Assembly: GCA_001443395.1 (NCBI GenBank)
Contig: LDXK01000001.1
Span: 223,278 to 249,311, forward strand
DNA: 26,034 bases
Origin: a candidate division WWE3 bacterium CSP1-7
GTDB lineage: Bacteria > Patescibacteriota > WWE3 > 9FT-COMBO-53-11
Direction: 5' to 3'
In this document: positions 17,416 to 25,753 of the stretch, piece by piece
Position numbering within the stretch: position 1 is the first letter of the stretch
How the letters are laid out: each line of letters starts with the position of its first letter
Notes under the pieces: generated by a model
Told to the model about the DNA's origin: nothing
The model's input: only the letters and a program-made list of their open reading frames with translations
Databases searched by the model: none
Made by a program: the position numbers and the translations under genes

Positions 17416-19635
17416 ATGGCTGTTTCTGGAAACATCTTTAGTTTTTTCCTCCCGAGCCAGCGCCGCCGCCGCGCTCTACCCACTCTTCCCGCGCCCCCCC
17501 AGGAGGCCGCTCTTGTTAAGGGTTTGGAGGAGGCTTACGCCGCCGTTGACGCGCTCAATCTTCCGAACGAGGTTGGGGAAAATTTTAAGAAGGACCTCAT
17601 ATCCTCCCTAGACATTGCGACACCGCCTACTTCTTACCAAGGGCTATACCCGGGAAATATTGCCCGGCTTTCGTTCAATCTCTCCAAGATTTTTCAGGAT
17701 CCGGTCGCTGGCACCGTTGGAGCTTTGAGTAAATACGTTGGAGAATACGGAAGCGACATCACGAGGTACATCGACCCAAGGTACTACAACGATAGAGTTC
17801 TTGGTCCGGTTCTAAAGCAGTTTAAAGATCGGGATACCGGTAATAATTTACTTCCCTCCTCGACCAGTTACCGTTTAGAGAACTGGGCTTCGGCCGCGGG
17901 AGCGACCCGTACTGCTCGGTTGGGAGCACAGGAGGGTATCTTGGACGACCCGGGGTTGATTGAGATTTGGGCGGGTGAACTCGCAAGCGCTAACCCAGGT
18001 TTGGTCATCAACGGAGTTACGATTGCCGATGTAATTACCGAGTCAGGCACTTCCCGCAGAATTCTTGATTCATTGCGTTCGCAGAGTTTTCAGGCGGCGC
18101 GGATTGGGGATTGGAATCTTGCTGATCAACTTGGCAACCGGATCAAGAATGAGTTGGGTGGTTTTAAAGAACGGCTTGAGCTTCGCGGGGTTTCGCCTTC
18201 TGACGTAACCAGGGAATTCGAGTTACTTGTCAAATCTAACCCCGGCATCTCCACCGATGCCACGCGACTCTACCGAACGCTTAAGGGTCAGCAGGTTTAC
18301 TACGGAGTATTTGATTTTCTCAAGGCGTGGAAGAAGGGGGGAATCTCGGAAGTTGCTCGGGAATATGTTTGGAAAGCAGCAACAAAAGCCATCTTTAAGG
18401 AAGGCACCGCGGGTTATTATTTGTACCCGCCTAACTTAATCAAAGAGGGGGTTAAGAGAGTTTTTGGCGGACAAACTGGGCGGCTAGCAAAGCTTGTTAG
18501 ATCCCAGGTGGCAAATGTCAGGAAGTTCCTCATCCAGAAGATTGGTCCCGTTCTCGGCGGTCTGCTTAAGAAGGTTTTCGCTGTTATGGGTGGTCTTTCA
18601 ATCTCGGTCACTGGGCCAGTTGGGCCGATTGTCGCGGCGATTGTGAACTTCATCATCGGCGACATTATTTTAAAAGCGCTAGGAGGGACTCTTAAGATAC
18701 TGGCCTACACCATTGGTGGTCTTGTCGCTTTCTCCATTGCTCTTGGGATAGGGTTGGTAGTTTTGCTCTCGATCATTCTCGCCAACATCCCCTACCCCTG
18801 GGAGCAGGGGGGCAGCGCGTCTCTGCAGCGGTTTGTGCAGATCGAGGTGAAGGCGTGCGACACCGCTGCCGGCTGTTCCTATCAAAATCCCCTGCGGGTC
18901 TCTAACGGCCAGCATTCTATCGGCTGGCGAGTCGTGATCAAAAATATCTCCCCCGTGACTCTCACCGGCTCCGAATTCACTTTCTCCCAAACGCAGTGCA
19001 CGGGGTCGGGAGCTTTCGATTTTGCCCTTGCTCCTGGGGCGGAACGAGTGGCGGTTTGTTCCAGCTCGTTTACCGAAACGGACGAGGTGGTGAGCAACGT
19101 GGTTTCTTTTGCCTCCTCCGGACCCGCCACGAACGAAGAATCCGTCGGGATTGTTATTTTTGGCAATCCTCCGGTCGTACTTCCCACCGGCTGGCCGGTC
19201 GGAAAGGGTTGCATCACCCAAGGACCGGATGGTTCCTACTCCCACGGCGGTACCGAGGCGATCGATATCGGTTCCGTCAGCACCGGAACGGCAGTGCGGG
19301 CGACTTTCAATGGGGTGGTGCAAACGGCGTGTTGGGCATCCGGGGACGGATGTGATCCCGACGGTTACGGCAACTACGTGCGCTTGTCATCTCTGAATGG
19401 CAACTTCAGTGCCGTCTTTGGCCACTTGGCCACCACCAGTGTGAAGAGCGGTGACCAGGTCACCGTCGGCCAGCAAGTAGGGACCGTGGATAACACCGGC
19501 AACTCTTCCGGCACCCACCTGCACTACGAGTTCCGCAGTTTGCCCATGGCTGAGCCTTATATCCCGCGTGATACTGGCAGCCACGGGAGTATTCGCGACT
19601 GTTCGGATGCCAGTGAGTGCGGTTTGTGTTTTTAA
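17416..19635 (+). CDS. Large membrane-anchored M23 metallopeptidase (copy a)
   Basis: Long N-terminal region, hydrophobic segment, Ig-like beta domain, then GWP, SHGGTEAIDI, YGNYV, FGHL, VDNTGNSSGTHLHYE. Confidence 0.88.
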   Translation: MAVSGNIFSFFLPSQRRRRALPTLPAPPQEAALVKGLEEAYAAVDALNLPNEVGENFKKDLISSLDIATPPTSYQGLYPGNIARLSFNLSKIFQDPVAGTVGALSKYVGEYGSDITRYIDPRYYNDRVLGPVLKQFKDRDTGNNLLPSSTSYRLENWASAAGATRTARLGAQEGILDDPGLIEIWAGELASANPGLVINGVTIADVITESGTSRRILDSLRSQSFQAARIGDWNLADQLGNRIKNELGGFKERLELRGVSPSDVTREFELLVKSNPGISTDATRLYRTLKGQQVYYGVFDFLKAWKKGGISEVAREYVWKAATKAIFKEGTAGYYLYPPNLIKEGVKRVFGGQTGRLAKLVRSQVANVRKFLIQKIGPVLGGLLKKVFAVMGGLSISVTGPVGPIVAAIVNFIIGDIILKALGGTLKILAYTIGGLVAFSIALGIGLVVLLSIILANIPYPWEQGGSASLQRFVQIEVKACDTAAGCSYQNPLRVSNGQHSIGWRVVIKNISPVTLTGSEFTFSQTQCTGSGAFDFALAPGAERVAVCSSSFTETDEVVSNVVSFASSGPATNEESVGIVIFGNPPVVLPTGWPVGKGCITQGPDGSYSHGGTEAIDIGSVSTGTAVRATFNGVVQTACWASGDGCDPDGYGNYVRLSSLNGNFSAVFGHLATTSVKSGDQVTVGQQVGTVDNTGNSSGTHLHYEFRSLPMAEPYIPRDTGSHGSIRDCSDASECGLCF

Positions 19636-19637
19636 AG

Positions 19638-20666
19638 ATGAGCTTGTCGGACGTCCAAGAATTTATTGTGCGTAATCGCCGTAAACTTTTGATAGCCCTG
19701 TTATTGGTGGTTATCATTTCTTTGGCGGCGGGATTTATCTGGCGAGAAGTGATAACCGAGGTTCCCGAAGAGGAAAAAATTCCGTCCTTCACTCTCTCTC
19801 AGGTGCCGGGGAGAGTATTGGGTGTGATTGATTTTTCCAAACTCTCCGCGCCGGATTTTCCACCGTCCTCTACGGTATATCGGATTGAGAAAATGAGCCT
19901 AACTTTTACTCAAGCGGATGCTGCGGGGTGGGCGAAGAGTTTTGGATCTCTCTCTCCGTCGGGAGAGGTCGCAACGCCTCTGGGCGTGATCTACGTTTTT
20001 GCCAAAAAAGGGGAGGAGCTGACCGTTACCAGCAACCCCCGCGCGCTGCACTACACCCGCGAGGGCGGGGGTGGTACGGAGACGCTGCCGGGCAGCGCCA
20101 CTGTTATCGGGATGGCCAAGGAGTTTTTGGCGGCAAAAAAACTTCCTGATACCGGCTCGTTCTCCCCAACCGTTAGGTATCTGAGTGCGATCGGTGAGCG
20201 CACCGCCGAAACAACGGCCGCGGAAGCGAGATACGCAGAGGTTAATTTTTCCTGGTCGGTAAACGGACTCAACATTCTGGGAGAGAGCTCTACCGATTCC
20301 GCCATTCGCGTGATTTTTGATAGGGCGGGACGGGTGGTTTACCTGAGTTATCAGTTCCTTGATTACTCCTTCGCCGCCGATAAGAATTTTCCTCTCCTGA
20401 GCCTCGAGCAGGCCAAAGATGCCCTAGCGGCGGAACCGCAGATAGTTTCGATCCGCCCGATGGGAGATGTCGAAGAATGGACGCTCTCCGAATCCACCAA
20501 CCTCAGCGAGTTCACCCCCGAAAGCGTGCGGCTGGTGTACGTGAGGTTGGCAGACAGCGCTCTTCTCCATCCGGTTTACTTGTTTGAGGGCAGCGGTAGT
20601 ACCGGCGGAATTGGTGTCCGAGCGGCCGCCTATGTTTTGGCTGTATCCGATCAGTACACAAAGTAA
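19638..20666 (+). CDS. Single-TM extracytoplasmic protein, M23 partner a
   Basis: Start reassigned to ATG 19638 (MSLSDVQEFIVRNRRKLL), 2 bp after the M23 stop, by alignment with its paralog; C-terminal V.LVY...LHPVYLFEG. Confidence 0.8.
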   Translation: MSLSDVQEFIVRNRRKLLIALLLVVIISLAAGFIWREVITEVPEEEKIPSFTLSQVPGRVLGVIDFSKLSAPDFPPSSTVYRIEKMSLTFTQADAAGWAKSFGSLSPSGEVATPLGVIYVFAKKGEELTVTSNPRALHYTREGGGGTETLPGSATVIGMAKEFLAAKKLPDTGSFSPTVRYLSAIGERTAETTAAEARYAEVNFSWSVNGLNILGESSTDSAIRVIFDRAGRVVYLSYQFLDYSFAADKNFPLLSLEQAKDALAAEPQIVSIRPMGDVEEWTLSESTNLSEFTPESVRLVYVRLADSALLHPVYLFEGSGSTGGIGVRAAAYVLAVSDQYTK

Positions 20667-20672
20667 AGTTGG

Positions 20673-21725
20673 TTAAGGTTTAATGGCGGAAAGTGCGACG
20701 TTTGCGTAAACTTCGATATCGGAAATCGCTCCCTTTCCTTCAAAGAGATAAATCGGGATCAGGAATTCCGTTCCCGGAACCTGATAGTAGACGAGACTAA
20801 TCGTTTGAGGAGTGAACGAAGTCAGATCATCCGTTTCGATGAAACGCTCTTTCGCCGCCTCGGTCGGCAGCATTGAGATTACCAATCCTTTTCCTTCCAG
20901 ATCTGCCGTGGCTTCCGCGAAATTTAGCAGGGGAACAATTTTAAACTGGGTGAAAGTTTGGTCGGTCTCTTTGTAACTCAAAGAGACGACCGTTCCGGCT
21001 CGATTAAAGACCACTCTTACTAAGGGCTCGGAGATAGTTTTACCCAAAATACTCTGACCGGCGACCGCCTGAACAAACGATAGCTCCAGCGCGTTTGCCC
21101 TCTTAGGGTTCTGGGTCTGGACGATCGCCTCCACATCGTAAATCAGGTAGCGAACACCAAAGAAGACGATGTCAGTGGTGGGGAGGCCTTTTCCTTCCAG
21201 ATACTCTTTGGATTTCTGGATCGCGGTGGCCTGGTCGTAGATTTTTCCGGAAACGTTTTTGGTCTTGGCAACTATATTTTTGAATGAGTAGCGAATCTCT
21301 CGGGGGTAGCTGAACACCGCCATATTTACCTCGTCCTGTGCGAAAACGAACATCCTTTCTTCTCCAGGGAGGGAAACGCGGTTGGTGATTTCCCGGTCGA
21401 AAGCGAACCGCTCGGCGATGTCTTGGGCCTGTGATTCCGTGGTGCTCTCTTTTTGTTCACTAACCTTGTAAACCACCGTTTCTTGGGGAAGGCTGGTCTC
21501 CGCTAGCTTGCCAAGATTTATCTGTCCAGAGATTTTCCAGGTGTCTCCCGCAAAAGAGAAGGTGGGAACCTCTCCTTCCTCTCCGTTGGTCGGATCAGGT
21601 TCCCCATTCTTTTGGGAGGACTGCCAGAACAGAAGTGCTCCGCCCCCAACCAAGAGAATAAGAATGGCGAGGAGAATCTTTTTTCTGTTCCTTTGCAAAA
21701 AACCGCTCAAGTCGTTGAGAGTCAT
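20673..21725 (-). CDS. Single-TM extracytoplasmic protein, M23 partner b
   Basis: Start reassigned to ATG 21725 (MTLNDLSGFLQRNRKKIL), 4 bp after the M23 stop; C-terminal ISLVY...LIPIYLFEG. Confidence 0.8.
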   Translation of the reverse strand: MTLNDLSGFLQRNRKKILLAILILLVGGGALLFWQSSQKNGEPDPTNGEEGEVPTFSFAGDTWKISGQINLGKLAETSLPQETVVYKVSEQKESTTESQAQDIAERFAFDREITNRVSLPGEERMFVFAQDEVNMAVFSYPREIRYSFKNIVAKTKNVSGKIYDQATAIQKSKEYLEGKGLPTTDIVFFGVRYLIYDVEAIVQTQNPKRANALELSFVQAVAGQSILGKTISEPLVRVVFNRAGTVVSLSYKETDQTFTQFKIVPLLNFAEATADLEGKGLVISMLPTEAAKERFIETDDLTSFTPQTISLVYYQVPGTEFLIPIYLFEGKGAISDIEVYANVALSAIKP

Positions 21726-21729
21726 TGGT

Positions 21730-23460
21730 TTACCAGCGAATATTGGGGCAGCTGGGGAAGAGACACCCGCGAATACCGCCGCCCCCGTCATCGGGAATGT
21801 ACGGAACTCTCATCTCCAAGGCTCTTAGGCGGAATTCGTAGTGAAGATGAGTTCCTCCCATTCCGGTATCACCGACCGCTCCGATCACGCTCCCCGGAGA
21901 AACCGGTTGGCCCTTTCCCACGAAAACTGCCGAAAGGTGGCCGTAGCGAATTATGGTGGGGACATCGGGGTCGCCGGATTGGAGATCGATATAGTTTCCG
22001 TATATCGGGTCGGTTCCGGTCGCCAGGATGTTTCCCTCGACGGTTGCCAGAACCGCATCTCCCATGCTCACGCCGGGTCCGGGACCGATGTCGATCGCCT
22101 CTACCACTCTGTGAGTGCAGTTGGCGCAGGAGGCTTTTGGACCCTGGAAGATGAAACCGTGGTAGGTGGGCCAACCTAGGAATTTTCCGCTCATCAGTAC
22201 GTCCGCGCAGTTGGCAGGGTGGGCGGTGAGTCCATAGATTATGCAATCTACAGCTTCTCCAACGTTTCCGAGGGAAGCAATTTTTAGAGTGGAGGTAGCG
22301 CCGACGGCGCTTTTGAACGCCTCCCAAAGACCACTCAATCCTCCCGTCTGGGAAAACGACACCCGCGATTCTTCGCTGTCCTCGGACTTGAAAATTGTCT
22401 CCGGGGGTAAGAGAGCAGCAAAAGCACCACTGGGGCCAGCCATATTTGCCCAAGCCCCCCCGGCTAAGGATACCTTCGACTGAACATCCAAATCTCCCGT
22501 AGCGGTAAGAGTTTCAATGCTAGGTATAAACATTTTTGCGATGCAGCCGATGTCGGTCAGGTCGCATTCTCTTATCTCGGAAATGGGTTCGATCACTTCC
22601 AATGCGCGCCAGATAGCTTTGCGGAACCAGGAAACTCCCTCTTTAGGAACGATGGGGCGGGGGCTGAAATTTTCCGCGGGACAGTTCACATCGGGAAGTT
22701 CCAACGGTTCGTCGGTGGGAAAAGAGAAGGCCTGTGCCAGGAGACCGTACCGGTCGTAGAGCGGAGCAACCTCGCCGAACTTCCCTTCTAGCTGGTAGTT
22801 CTCCTCTCCAACTTGAATTTTTTCTTCTTGGCCTTCGGTACGAACATCCCAGTAAGGTTTGGTTTGGGTGGGGGCGTGGGTTCCATCGATCTCCAATTCT
22901 CCGCGGTCGGGATGGACACTCACTTGAATATTGGTTTGGTTCTCGACCACCCATCCTTGAGCCAACTGTCCTTCGGCTTTTGTCAAGGCGAGGTTGGGGT
23001 CCACTTCCTTCCCGTTCTCGTTTTCTTGCTTGTAGCCGGGCATAAGGAGTTTTGGGATTGAGCCGGTTAACTCTCCCGGTTCAGTGGATTCGGGATCGCC
23101 CGATAGCGTCATTGTTCGGGCCCGGATAAGCTCGACGGGCATGTTAGTTGGGTTACTTAGAGTAAGTTGCCCCTCGTCATTTGTATATGGGATTTTGAAA
23201 GAGACACCGAAGCATTGGGCCCGAGCTTTCCCACCTTTTGGGAGCATTGGGATGCATCCGCTAATACTCAACCCGTAGTTTTCACCGACCGCGTTAGCGT
23301 TAGCTGCCTCGGAGGAAAGAGCGGGAGAACCCTTCCTAATAAACGGGCAGGTTGGGATTTCTGCTGCCGTCACCGGCCCCACGCTGAGGATTAATCCACT
23401 GATCAGGAAAAGCAACGCTAAGATGGCAGGGGTCGTAGGAAAACGCATTCTATCCGGCAT
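21730..23460 (-). CDS. Secreted M23 metallopeptidase (copy b)
   Basis: Signal peptide (..VTAA), unknown Cys-containing N-terminal region, then GWP, THRVVEAIDI, YGNYI, YGHL, VGDTGMGGTHLHYE. Confidence 0.88.
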   Translation of the reverse strand: MPDRMRFPTTPAILALLFLISGLILSVGPVTAAEIPTCPFIRKGSPALSSEAANANAVGENYGLSISGCIPMLPKGGKARAQCFGVSFKIPYTNDEGQLTLSNPTNMPVELIRARTMTLSGDPESTEPGELTGSIPKLLMPGYKQENENGKEVDPNLALTKAEGQLAQGWVVENQTNIQVSVHPDRGELEIDGTHAPTQTKPYWDVRTEGQEEKIQVGEENYQLEGKFGEVAPLYDRYGLLAQAFSFPTDEPLELPDVNCPAENFSPRPIVPKEGVSWFRKAIWRALEVIEPISEIRECDLTDIGCIAKMFIPSIETLTATGDLDVQSKVSLAGGAWANMAGPSGAFAALLPPETIFKSEDSEESRVSFSQTGGLSGLWEAFKSAVGATSTLKIASLGNVGEAVDCIIYGLTAHPANCADVLMSGKFLGWPTYHGFIFQGPKASCANCTHRVVEAIDIGPGPGVSMGDAVLATVEGNILATGTDPIYGNYIDLQSGDPDVPTIIRYGHLSAVFVGKGQPVSPGSVIGAVGDTGMGGTHLHYEFRLRALEMRVPYIPDDGGGGIRGCLFPSCPNIRW

Positions 23461-23500
23461 TGTTCAGATAAATCTTAACAGAATTGAACGGCTTAAATTG

Positions 23501-23565
23501 TTGACCCCGTTTCTATCCCATGGTAAACTATGGGTTAGTAAAAACTCAATCGGGAGAGGGAGGGA
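23501..23565 (+). promoter_or_regulatory. Sigma70-type promoter plus RBS (module copy B)
   Basis: TTGACC-17 bp-(TGg)TAAACT, leader ATGGGTTAGTAAAAACTCAAT, then GAGGGAGGG. Confidence 0.7.
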
Positions 23566-23571
23566 CATTCC

Positions 23572-24300
23572 GTGTCCAAAGGTTTGATCACCATTGACGG
23601 CAAAGAGGTTGGGAAACCAGCCTTAATCAAGAAGGAAAATTCCATTACAATCGATGGCAAAGAGATGGGGTCGGGAGGATTGGTCGATTTGGTTTTCATC
23701 ATCGACACGACCATATCGATGAGTGGCAAGATCCACGGGCTCTTGAAGACCTGTTCCGAATTCGTCGATGATTTTGCTCGTCTCGGTCTTGATCAACAGA
23801 TTGCCGTTGTCTCCTATGGTTACCTTGCTGTACCGGGTGACAGGATTGATGCGTCTCCTTTCACCAGTAAGATCGAAGTGGTAAAGAGGTATCTCTCTGA
23901 CATTCACCGAAACTATGGGGGAGGGAGATTTGGTGAGTCGTCACCGGAAGCAATCGAGAAGGCGATAACGTTGGGATTCCGACCCGGGTCGGTCCAGGTC
24001 TTTATTCTCATCACCGACGAGCACGCCCGTAACGATTGGTCGCGCATCGAGGCCCTTGGTGCCCGACTCATCAGGAGTGAAATCCTGGTCTTCGTAATCT
24101 CAGATCCGCAGGATTGTTACAAGCGAATGGCCAAGCAATCCGGGGGAAGCTGGTACCAGATTGCGGCGGATACCAACTTCAGCTCGATTCTGGATCTCTT
24201 CCGTGCCGTCTCCAAGAAGGTTTCGCAGGTTGTCCTGGATGTCCATCAGCTCGGCCACGGAAGCGTCTCTCGTTACCGTCAGTTGAGTTCCGGAAAGTAG
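23572..24300 (+). CDS. von Willebrand factor type A domain protein
   Basis: VDLVFIIDTTISM (MIDAS-like), IAVVSY, GGG..GES, VFILITD, Y..MA..SGG. Confidence 0.85.
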   Translation: MSKGLITIDGKEVGKPALIKKENSITIDGKEMGSGGLVDLVFIIDTTISMSGKIHGLLKTCSEFVDDFARLGLDQQIAVVSYGYLAVPGDRIDASPFTSKIEVVKRYLSDIHRNYGGGRFGESSPEAIEKAITLGFRPGSVQVFILITDEHARNDWSRIEALGARLIRSEILVFVISDPQDCYKRMAKQSGGSWYQIAADTNFSSILDLFRAVSKKVSQVVLDVHQLGHGSVSRYRQLSSGK

Positions 24301-24306
24301 TCCAAC

Positions 24307-24339
24307 GCCCGCATCTGTTTTGCTGCGGGCTTTTTATTT
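24307..24339 (+). terminator. Rho-independent terminator
   Basis: GCCCGCA-N10-TGCGGGC followed by TTTTTATTT. Confidence 0.75.
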
Positions 24340-24401
24340 GCGTCAATTCGGTGTTCGTGCTATCCTATAGTTTAGTTAAAACCTAATAGAAGGGAAGGAG
24401 G
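24338..24401 (+). promoter_or_regulatory. Sigma70-type promoter plus RBS (module copy C)
   Basis: TTGCGT-17 bp-(TGc)TATCCT, leader ATAGTTTAGTTAAAACCTAAT, then AGGGAAGGAGG. Confidence 0.7.
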
Positions 24402-24406
24402 GCGAA

Positions 24407-25705
24407 ATGAAGGATTACTACCGCGTTTTGGGCGTTCATCCTAAAGCAGAGCCGGAAGTGATCAAGGCCGCCTACAATGGTTTGGCCAAGAAGTACCATC
24501 CGGATCTTAATCCGTCGCCCTCGGCGACGGAGAGGATGAAGGAGATCAATGAGGCTCACGAGGTTCTAAGCGACCCTGTTCGCAGAGCTGGCTATGAGCG
24601 CGAGTACGTGTCGCATTTTGGGAACGAGTTCTCTACCGATCCTCCGGTTCTGAAGGTTCGGCCAAAGACTTTGAACTTTGGTGAACTCGCAGCCGGGTCG
24701 AAGGTTGAGAAGCGTTTTGTGGTTGAGAACCACGGAGGCCCCCTTAAGGGACGACTGAACATCGATGGATCGCAGTGCCGTGGTTGGGCAACAGTAAGTG
24801 CCCGACCCAACTCCGGCGATTCCGACTTTCCCCTGGAGGTTACGGTTGAGGTTGATACCGCTAACCTTCCGCCGGGCTGGGTACTTGGGAAGATCCACCA
24901 GGCACGAATCCTTCTCCAATACCTGGACGAGGAGATCGCAGTCGTGCTTCGTCTGACGGTTTTACCTTCTACGTCTAGGCGTAGCTCTACGGCCCAGCCA
25001 TCATCTGGTCGGGGCCGGAGCCCAACTCCCTCCCTCTCTCCAAATTCTGGGATAGACCGGGATGGAGTAAAGGTTGTTGTCTTCCTTGGCTTAGTCTCAG
25101 TTTTGTCTGTTGTCGCGCTGCTTCTAAGCTTATCTTGGCTGTCGCGGCCCGGAGTGCTTCCTTTAGGGGCTGGTCAGGAAACTGCGGGACAACCAGAAAT
25201 CGATCGGGTCGCTGTTGAATTTGCGCAGGTTTTGGAGAAGCTTGACTTGCGCATGCGTCTTGTTTCCTACGATGAGGAGCGCGATTTCCTCGTCTACGAC
25301 GTCTACATCAGGAACAATGACGACAATGAGCACCCTGTCGCTCTTTATTTCGAGGAGTGCCCGGAGGATCAAGCACCCATTGGGGCACTTGATATGGAGT
25401 GGTGTGGTGGAAAACCAGATTCGGCCACAATGCTTATCGAAGCTCACTCCACCACGAATTTTCCCGCTGGATGTTCACTCCAGGGCACGATCCTCCCAGG
25501 AGTTTCGATAACTGATCTATGCGGGCTTCGAGTAAGGATTGACGAAATAGACGGCGTCATTAATCCCAGTCCGTTTTGGAATTGGCAGATCGGAATCTTC
25601 GATGAGGACGGACAAATCTACCCTTGGTTCGTGAACGAGAACTGGGAAAAGATAGGTCCGGCCGATCGTGATTTCGATGATCCCTCGAAAGAGATTGAAG
25701 GATAG
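24407..25705 (+). CDS. J-domain protein with Ig/BACON-like domain, TM helix and C-terminal domain
   Basis: KDYYRVLGV..IKAAY..LAKKYHPD..INEA.EVLSDP.RR; L.V.P..LNFG.L......F.V.N.GG..L; Ser/Pro linker; TM VVVFLGLVSVLSVVALLLSL. Confidence 0.85.
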   Translation: MKDYYRVLGVHPKAEPEVIKAAYNGLAKKYHPDLNPSPSATERMKEINEAHEVLSDPVRRAGYEREYVSHFGNEFSTDPPVLKVRPKTLNFGELAAGSKVEKRFVVENHGGPLKGRLNIDGSQCRGWATVSARPNSGDSDFPLEVTVEVDTANLPPGWVLGKIHQARILLQYLDEEIAVVLRLTVLPSTSRRSSTAQPSSGRGRSPTPSLSPNSGIDRDGVKVVVFLGLVSVLSVVALLLSLSWLSRPGVLPLGAGQETAGQPEIDRVAVEFAQVLEKLDLRMRLVSYDEERDFLVYDVYIRNNDDNEHPVALYFEECPEDQAPIGALDMEWCGGKPDSATMLIEAHSTTNFPAGCSLQGTILPGVSITDLCGLRVRIDEIDGVINPSPFWNWQIGIFDEDGQIYPWFVNENWEKIGPADRDFDDPSKEIEG

Positions 25706-25713
25706 GTGACTTT

Positions 25714-25751
25714 ACCCAGCTTGCGGTTTCCGTGAGCTGGGTTTTCTTTTT
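25714..25751 (+). terminator. Rho-independent terminator
   Basis: ACCCAGCTTGCGG-TTT-CCGTGAGCTGGGT followed by TTTCTTTTT. Confidence 0.75.
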
Positions 25752-25753
25752 AG

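Noticed and set aside
19486-19494. Isolated DnaA-box-like CGTGGATAA (also TCTTCCACA at 11082)
   Set aside because: Single mismatched sites inside coding sequence, expected by chance.
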